Positions 57,764 through 64,000 of a stretch of 64,000 bases of DNA are shown here, piece by piece (positions within the stretch are counted from its first letter, which is position 1; every line of letters starts with the position of its first letter). The translations under genes and the position numbers were made by a program. The stretch spans positions 416,001 to 480,000 of the forward strand of contig JAVJQW010000011.1 in the NCBI GenBank assembly GCA_040218735.1, given 5' to 3'. The notes under the pieces are model-generated. The model did no database searches. It was not told the DNA's origin and saw nothing but the letters and a program-made list of their open reading frames with translations. This stretch comes from Deltaproteobacteria bacterium (GTDB taxonomy: Bacteria; Myxococcota; Kuafuiibacteriia; Kuafuiibacteriales; Kuafuiibacteriaceae).

Positions 57764-60248
57764 TCACCCGTTTGTGATCGAACGCGAGGCGCGGGAGCGC
57801 GTCGAGCGCGTACCACTTCGCGTCGCGGGCATCGTCACCGCCGACGATCGGGCGGTCGGCGTACGCGTCGGGGAGCTCGACCGAGAACGCCGTCGATCGG
57901 CTCCACGCGACGGGGGTGTCACGCGTGTCGCGCGCGTGGCCCTCGAACACACCGACCTCCATGAGCGCGTCCGCAATCGCCGACAGGTCGAGGCCGGTCT
58001 CCTCGTGTAGCTCGCGGACCGCAGCGCTGCGCGCGTCTTCGGAGGCGACGAACGGCGCACCGAGCTCGGCGTCGGTCTCGCGGAAGCCGCCGGGGAGCGC
58101 CCACGCGAGCGGCTCCGACGCAGCGTCGGCGTCGCGCTGGATCAGGAGCACCTCGTCGCCGCGGAAGACGACGCAGTCGACGACCTCGTTGGCGCCGCGG
58201 TGCCAGAACGGCGCGGACGGCCCCATGCGATCCAGCGCGGCGAACACCTGCGCGGCGGAGTCGACGACGCGCCCCGGATCCACCGCGGCGTGCTCGCGAG
58301 CGGCGCCGGGCACCGCGGCGAACAGCGCGCGCCGAAGGCGGAGGTTGGCGGCGGTCTGGATCTCGTCGTTCACGATCGGGCCACCGCCCACGAACACCGC
58401 GACGCCGTCCGTCGCCGCGACGTGGGTGTAGAGCGCCGACGCCTTGTCGTAGAAGGAGTCGCCGACGCACAGGAACGCCGTGACGCGATCGTCGAGCGCG
58501 TCGGGTGTCACGGAGGTACCCACGACGCCGACGACCTCGGCGGGCGCGAGCCCGTGGAGCACGCCCTCGACGCCGTGGCAGGTGCCGCCGGTGAACAGGA
58601 CGTGCCGCTCCGGATCCAGCCGCGCGACCAGCTCGGCGAGGAACGCTTCGGCGACCTCGCGCTCCTGCTCCGACCACTTCGCGTAGCTGTGTTTCCAGGC
58701 GCCCGCGACGGAGACGATGCGGCGGCCCGCGAGGTAGCCGTCGACGTCGTCGATCGTCGGCCGTCCCGTCGCGGTGAGCGCGGCAGCGAAGCGTTCTTCA
58801 TGCTCCGCTCGCTCCGCGCGCTTGGCCGCCGCGACCTCGGGGGTGAAGTGCACGAGCGGCGGGTCGGGGTCGACTTCGATCTCGGCCAGACGGCTTGCTT
58901 CGTCGTTCGCGCGCCGCGCGAGGAGCCGCGCCTCGGTGCGAGCGACGTGTTCCAGATGCACGTCCTCCAGCCCTGCGAGGCGGGCGGTCTCGAGCGCGTC
59001 GGGGATCGAGGTGCGGTACAGCCCGGGGCCGTCGGTGCCGATCACGATCGGCACCCCGGCGTCCGCGTACCGAGCGATAGGTGCCTCCGGACAGCGCTTC
59101 AGGTTGTTGAGCGCGTAGTTGGAGTCGAGGTTGAACTCGACGATCACGTCGCGCGCGCGCAGCGTGGCGAGCGTCGCGTCGTCCACGCCGTACAGACCGT
59201 GACCGATGCGCAGCTCGACGTCGTAGGGCCCGACGATCTCCAACGCGCGACGCACGTTGTTCGGGTGCGCCGGGTTCTCGCCCGCGTGTACGCGCACCAC
59301 GAAGCCGGGGCGGTTTGCGTCGGCCCACTTCGCGACGGCCTCGAGCTGGGCAGCGAACGCATCGGTCGGGTTCGTCTCGTGGCCCATGAAGTCGACGCCC
59401 GCGAGGTAGAGGCTCTCCTTCTTGCGATCGATCCGCGCGAGCATGTCGAGGTCCCACTCCAGATCGTCTTGGCGATGGAACGCGACGAGGAAGCGGAGCG
59501 CGACGCCGGTGTCGGCCTCGATCGCGGGGAGGCAGCGCTGCGCAACCTCGAACCACTCCGCGCGCACGACGTCGAACAACGACAGCTCCGCGTACCTCAC
59601 GCCCGTCGCGGCGTAGTCCTCCGCGATGCGACGCAGCTGCGCCGGCAACAGCGGGAGGTGTTTCGTGATCGGCGAACGCCGCCGGTACACGTCGCTCATC
59701 GCCGCGAACGGGACCTGCCGGTCCGCGGGGATCGCGAGGCGCTCCGCGAGTGTCCGCCGCACCGAAGACGAGAGCCGGTCGACGCGGCCGTCCGTCTGGC
59801 GAATGCCCAACGCGTCGAGGTCCGGGTAGACGAGCTCCGCCTCGACCGCGACCTCGACGAGCGCTTCCGCGGTGAGGCACCCCGCGAAGTGGGTGTGCAG
59901 ATCCGTCCGCAGCGCAACGTTCGCCGTGCCCCGTCGCCGCGGGTGCACGGTGCCGGTCTCGGCCATGAACCGCGCCTCGTACGGCGTGAGGCGGCGAACC
60001 TCGAAGAGCGCGCCGCCCTCGACCCTCGCGACCGGATCCCCCAGGAGCACCGTCGCGTCGTCCTCCGTCGGCGCCGAGAACGTCGCCGGATCCAACCGCC
60101 GCGTCCCGCGCGCGTCACGGATCTCGAGGGCCCCCAGCAACGCTTCGTGCAGCGGCGACCGCCGATCGTTCGGAGGCGGCGGGAGGTGAAGCCGACCCGC
60201 GTCGAGGACGAGCACGTGCTCGCCCGCCGGATCCAGCGCGACGGTCAC
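57711..60248 (-). CDS. Adenosine deaminase - SLOG-like - Nudix hydrolase fusion protein
   Basis: TDLHTH, VHAGE, RIGHG, LDSN, GTDGP (deaminase); IVSVAG, LFTGGT..GVE, VFVGGGPIVNDE (SLOG-like); WALPGGF...AAVRELHEETG, RDTR, GGDDA..AKW, LAFDH (Nudix). Confidence 0.85.
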   Translation of the reverse strand: MTVALDPAGEHVLVLDAGRLHLPPPPNDRRSPLHEALLGALEIRDARGTRRLDPATFSAPTEDDATVLLGDPVARVEGGALFEVRRLTPYEARFMAETGTVHPRRRGTANVALRTDLHTHFAGCLTAEALVEVAVEAELVYPDLDALGIRQTDGRVDRLSSSVRRTLAERLAIPADRQVPFAAMSDVYRRRSPITKHLPLLPAQLRRIAEDYAATGVRYAELSLFDVVRAEWFEVAQRCLPAIEADTGVALRFLVAFHRQDDLEWDLDMLARIDRKKESLYLAGVDFMGHETNPTDAFAAQLEAVAKWADANRPGFVVRVHAGENPAHPNNVRRALEIVGPYDVELRIGHGLYGVDDATLATLRARDVIVEFNLDSNYALNNLKRCPEAPIARYADAGVPIVIGTDGPGLYRTSIPDALETARLAGLEDVHLEHVARTEARLLARRANDEASRLAEIEVDPDPPLVHFTPEVAAAKRAERAEHEERFAAALTATGRPTIDDVDGYLAGRRIVSVAGAWKHSYAKWSEQEREVAEAFLAELVARLDPERHVLFTGGTCHGVEGVLHGLAPAEVVGVVGTSVTPDALDDRVTAFLCVGDSFYDKASALYTHVAATDGVAVFVGGGPIVNDEIQTAANLRLRRALFAAVPGAAREHAAVDPGRVVDSAAQVFAALDRMGPSAPFWHRGANEVVDCVVFRGDEVLLIQRDADAASEPLAWALPGGFRETDAELGAPFVASEDARSAAVRELHEETGLDLSAIADALMEVGVFEGHARDTRDTPVAWSRSTAFSVELPDAYADRPIVGGDDARDAKWYALDALPRLAFDHKRVIKAAVRRRPPRGSPSRS

Positions 60249-61531
60249 GGACCGCCGATCGCGAGGCGCGCACCCTGGGTCACGGCCGCCGACGAGTTGA
60301 GCTCACCGATCACGAACAGGCCGTCACCGAGGCGCGAGAGGAGCCCGCGGAACCCGAGCACCGGGAGCACGCCCTGCGCTTCGCAGAGCCCCTGCGGATC
60401 GTGGAACCGTCCGACGCGGCCGCTCGCGAGGAGGAAGTACAGGCCGCCATCGGCGTCGATGATGTCGAGGACGAACGCGGAGGGCTGACGACCGACGGTC
60501 GACCATTCGTCGGCCTCGAAGCGTGTGATGGTCCCGTTCCCGAGGCCGACCATCGTGCCGAGCGCCGTCTGCGCGATCGAATGGACGACCTCCTCCGGGC
60601 CTGCGATGCGGCGGATCCTCCCGCCCCGCACCACGGCGACGTTCGTGGTCTCGTTCTCGACGATCAGGGCCTCACCCGGCGCGTGCCACGCGATGTGTTG
60701 CTCGCCGAACTCGACGCTCCCGTCCACCGCGGTGAAGCCGTTGCCGTCGAAGTGCGCGACGTCGCCGTAGTCCGTCACCGCGAACAGCTCGATGTTGCGT
60801 GCCGCGTCGAGGTGCCCGTCGATGCGCACGTCGGTGAAGGACGAAGGGAACGCGTACTGCTCGGTGATGTCGACGATGCCGTCGCGCGTGAGCCGACCGC
60901 GGTACACCCGCCCGTTCGTCGCGCCGTACCAGACCGAGTCGTTCGCCGCGCGCCACACCGAGAACGGCGCGGCGCGACGCTCGAACGGGTTCGCGAGCAT
61001 GACCGGCGCGCCCCCGTCGGTTCGGTACATCGTGATCTCGCCGGCGGTCTCCATCGCAAACACCACCTCGTCGCCGATCGGCTCCGCCCACTGCGGAAAC
61101 CCCGGCACATCCCAGCTCGCGGTGACCGCGGTGATCGGCGCGCAGAGCCGACGCAGGAACGACGACGACAACGCAGCGCTCGACGCCGGCTCCCAGCTCG
61201 CGAGCTCGCCGTCGACCACCAGGGTGAAGACGTCGTCCGGGTTGGGGAGCGACAGGCCGATCTCCCCCGCGGGCGCTGCGACGAGCGGGCCCACCGGGAG
61301 CGCTTCGTCGTCGTAGGCCAACACCTCGACCGCGGGGGCGCCCTCGGAGACGTCGAGCCGAAGCGCGAAGTCCCCCGGGTCCGCCGGGTCCAGCACCACC
61401 GGATCGGCACCCGCGACGTCGAAGACGAACCGGCTCGCGTCCGGCGCCGGGGGCAGCGCGAGGAAGAGGTCGACGTCGGCCGGCGCGCATCCCGCCCCGG
61501 CGACGGCCAAGACCCACCACACCCCACGCAC
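60245..61531 (-). CDS. Hypothetical beta-propeller lipoprotein
   Basis: Start GTG 61531, GAGC lipobox; stop overlaps the start of the deaminase fusion (GTGA). Confidence 0.7.
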   Translation of the reverse strand: MRGVWWVLAVAGAGCAPADVDLFLALPPAPDASRFVFDVAGADPVVLDPADPGDFALRLDVSEGAPAVEVLAYDDEALPVGPLVAAPAGEIGLSLPNPDDVFTLVVDGELASWEPASSAALSSSFLRRLCAPITAVTASWDVPGFPQWAEPIGDEVVFAMETAGEITMYRTDGGAPVMLANPFERRAAPFSVWRAANDSVWYGATNGRVYRGRLTRDGIVDITEQYAFPSSFTDVRIDGHLDAARNIELFAVTDYGDVAHFDGNGFTAVDGSVEFGEQHIAWHAPGEALIVENETTNVAVVRGGRIRRIAGPEEVVHSIAQTALGTMVGLGNGTITRFEADEWSTVGRQPSAFVLDIIDADGGLYFLLASGRVGRFHDPQGLCEAQGVLPVLGFRGLLSRLGDGLFVIGELNSSAAVTQGARLAIGGP

Positions 61532-61601
61532 GCCGCCCAGCTTAGGCGACGGCCCCCCTTTGCGAAAGCACACCGCGTCCGTCTACGCTGAAGATCCGCC
61601 G

Positions 61602-62813
61602 ATGGAGCTCGTCACGCTGGCTGTCTTGATCGCGACGATCGCCACCCTGCACCGGGTCGCGACCCACGCGAACGATTCGATGCGCGCGCTCCTCCCCTCA
61701 CTCGACGATCCGCTCACCGGCGTCCTCCTCGCGGAAGGTTTCGTCGCGAAGAACCACCGCGCGGTCGAGCTCGCGCCACGCGTCACGAACATCCTCCCGC
61801 TGTCATTCGTGAAAGAAGTCGACGGCCGAACGATCATCGTCGAGCGCGAAGTCGACGCACGTGCGCAGACGATCGTCGTGCGCACCGTCGTCCACACCGC
61901 GTGGCCGGACACCGACGCCGTCGTGAACTGGACGCTCGAACCCGACGGCCTCGTCGTCGCGGGGCTCCTCTCCGGCGGCATCTCGCAGTGGGTGCACGAG
62001 GGAGCGACGGTGACGTTCGACGGCGCCGCACTCACCATGAGCTACCCGTTCACCTACGCGCGCCCCGGGAGCGTGCGGCGCGCCGTCGACGCCGTCCTCG
62101 CGTGTGCGGGCAAGCTCGACCGCGGCCCCGCGACGCTGCACGACTGGGCGTTCGAGGTGGCGACGAGTGACTCCCTCCCCTACGCGCGGCGGATCGCGAC
62201 GACGAACCTGCTCGCGAGTGACCTCGCGGAGGACAAGAAGGCGCGCCTCGTCGAGATCGGCCGGACGGACCCGGACGTCGGCGTGCGCCTCGCGGTCGCG
62301 GCGCACACGGGGGAGGACGTCGTCGAGTTTCTCCGCCTCCTCGCGACCTCGGTAGAGGAGCCCGCGCGTGTCCGCCGTGACGCACTCGAACAGCTCGTCA
62401 CGCAGACCGACGACACCCGCGCGCGCGACGCGCTCCTGCGCGCCCTCACCTGCGAAGACGGTCGCCGCGCGGATGCGCTCTCGACGTTGACCGAGCTCGT
62501 CGCGGAGTCCGACGAACACGCCGCGCGGGTGTTCGCGTTGATCGACGACGCCGCGTTGCTGAAGCCGGCGCGCCCGGTGCTGTGGGCGATCATCGTCGCC
62601 GCGGACGAGCCGCTCGCCATCCAGGCCGTCGACCGCCTGGGGCGGGTCGGTAACGGCAACGACGTCCGCGACCTCGAACGCCTCAACGCGGGTGCTCGCC
62701 TCGTCGCCTGCGCGGACCTCACCGCCGCGCGCATTCGGGAGCGCATCGGTCGGCACGGGTTGTCGATCGTGCAGTCCGAGCCGGAGGGCCGGCTCAGCGT
62801 CGTCGGCGAGTGA
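61602..62813 (+). CDS. Membrane-anchored HEAT-repeat protein
   Basis: N-terminal TM helix; DPDVGVRLAVA, VRRDALEQL, AVDRLGRVG; C-terminal GRLSV motif. Confidence 0.72.
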   Translation: MELVTLAVLIATIATLHRVATHANDSMRALLPSLDDPLTGVLLAEGFVAKNHRAVELAPRVTNILPLSFVKEVDGRTIIVEREVDARAQTIVVRTVVHTAWPDTDAVVNWTLEPDGLVVAGLLSGGISQWVHEGATVTFDGAALTMSYPFTYARPGSVRRAVDAVLACAGKLDRGPATLHDWAFEVATSDSLPYARRIATTNLLASDLAEDKKARLVEIGRTDPDVGVRLAVAAHTGEDVVEFLRLLATSVEEPARVRRDALEQLVTQTDDTRARDALLRALTCEDGRRADALSTLTELVAESDEHAARVFALIDDAALLKPARPVLWAIIVAADEPLAIQAVDRLGRVGNGNDVRDLERLNAGARLVACADLTAARIRERIGRHGLSIVQSEPEGRLSVVGE

Positions 62814-62817
62814 TCGT

Positions 62818-63984
62818 CTACGGGATGAAGCAGTGGTTCGGGAACATGCCCGGCGGCAACCCACCGACCCACGGCGAGGGCTGCCCGCGCGTGTGGTTGT
62901 AGTAGAACGGCAGGTACGCGCTCGGCGGCGGGTCGAACGGGAGCTGGTGCCCGAAGTCACCCACGCAGTGCATGACGAAGCTGCCCTGGCTCCGTAGCGC
63001 GCTCGACAGCGCGAGCGACGCCGACTCGAAGCTGAAGTTGCCGTAGGTGTCGGTCGGCCCGCCCCAGAGCAACAGGCCGTTGATCGGCCACGAGGGTGTG
63101 GTGTTCGGTGTGTTGTCGCCGCCCGACATCGCGACGAACCCGGCGATGTACTGCGCGCGGAACTGGATGAGCTGGCTGATGAACAGCGCGCCCATGCTGT
63201 GCCCCGTCACGAAGATCCGGTTCGGGTCGATGCTGAAGTTCTCGTACATGCAGGCGAGCACGTCGTCGAAGAGCTGCACGTCCTCGTTCACCCACTGACC
63301 GCCCGCGCCGGGCGCGGTGACCATCGAGACCACGTAGGAGTTGTTCGCGGTGACCTCGCCGAGGCCCATCCAGTCCATCGCGTGGTCGGCCTGCCCCTGC
63401 CACCAGTGCCACACGAACACGATGCCGGAGTTCTGCGGGTTCACGCCGGTCGGCTGCTGCATCAGGAACTGACGCGACTGCCCGCTCGACTGGATGGTGT
63501 TGAAGTTCCAGTTGTTCGGGTTGCCGCCGCGGTCGACGAACGACGGGCAGGTCCCGTTATAGACCGGCACACCGGTCGGCGGCGGGCCGGCGTCGCGGCG
63601 CGGCGCGGTTCCGCCGTCGCGGGGCGGCGGGTTGTTGCCGCCGTCGCGCGGGGGTTGGTTCACGCCGCCGTCGCGCGGGGGTTGGTTCTGGCCACCGTCG
63701 CGGAAGCCGGCGTCGACGACCTCGCCGATGCACTGGCAACCGGTCGCCCAGGCGCCACAGGTCTGGCCGGGGCCGCACATGCAGGTCTGGAGGTTGTCGA
63801 ACGAGCTGCAGATCTCGCCGCCTCCGGAGCCGCCGTCACGGGTGCTGGACGTACCGCCGTCCCGGGCGGTGCGATTCCCGCCGTCCCAGGCCACGGGGTT
63901 GAAGTCGTCGCGGTCCGTCGTCCCGCAGGCCACGAGCGTGGCGATCATGGCGAATCCCAGTACGAATCGCATCGGCGGCGTCAT
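62818..63984 (-). CDS. Lipoprotein esterase, PHB depolymerase/LpqC-like
   Basis: LVAC lipobox; PPRDGG repeats; VFVWH; IDPNRIFVTGHSMGA; GPTD; FGH. Confidence 0.85.
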   Translation of the reverse strand: MTPPMRFVLGFAMIATLVACGTTDRDDFNPVAWDGGNRTARDGGTSSTRDGGSGGGEICSSFDNLQTCMCGPGQTCGAWATGCQCIGEVVDAGFRDGGQNQPPRDGGVNQPPRDGGNNPPPRDGGTAPRRDAGPPPTGVPVYNGTCPSFVDRGGNPNNWNFNTIQSSGQSRQFLMQQPTGVNPQNSGIVFVWHWWQGQADHAMDWMGLGEVTANNSYVVSMVTAPGAGGQWVNEDVQLFDDVLACMYENFSIDPNRIFVTGHSMGALFISQLIQFRAQYIAGFVAMSGGDNTPNTTPSWPINGLLLWGGPTDTYGNFSFESASLALSSALRSQGSFVMHCVGDFGHQLPFDPPPSAYLPFYYNHTRGQPSPWVGGLPPGMFPNHCFIP

Positions 63985-64000
63985 CCTGCGCAGATAAGTC

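Overview
High-GC (roughly 70% by eye) bacterial chromosome segment with about 53 protein-coding genes. I found no rRNA, tRNA, CRISPR array, transposase or integrase. MYXO-CTERM, DUF1552, PEGA, FHA and Ser/Thr kinase genes and many Cys-rich lipoproteins point to an uncultured Myxococcota-type organism (inference). Housekeeping genes (NAD-type isocitrate dehydrogenase, thrC, hom, rnhB, mpg, acyl-CoA ligase) are mixed with many envelope and secreted proteins. The best candidate for an undescribed system is an 845-aa three-domain fusion at 57711-60248: adenosine deaminase, a SLOG-like nucleotide-binding domain and a Nudix hydrolase. Each part resembles a component of known nucleotide-depleting immune systems. 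Other highlights: a bacterial ALG10/DIE2-like GT-C glycosyltransferase; a PG-binding + CHAP + Ser/Asp-linker + unknown-domain protein behind an ECF sigma factor; a degenerate kinase fused to an MshEN/GSPII_E N-terminal domain; a Cys-motif module shuffled among four proteins; twin sigma-54 promoters sharing an upstream box; a LexA-like box at a repair radical-SAM gene; and a widespread TANNNT motif just upstream of start codons, suggesting leaderless transcription. All calls come from reading motifs by eye; no database search was run.
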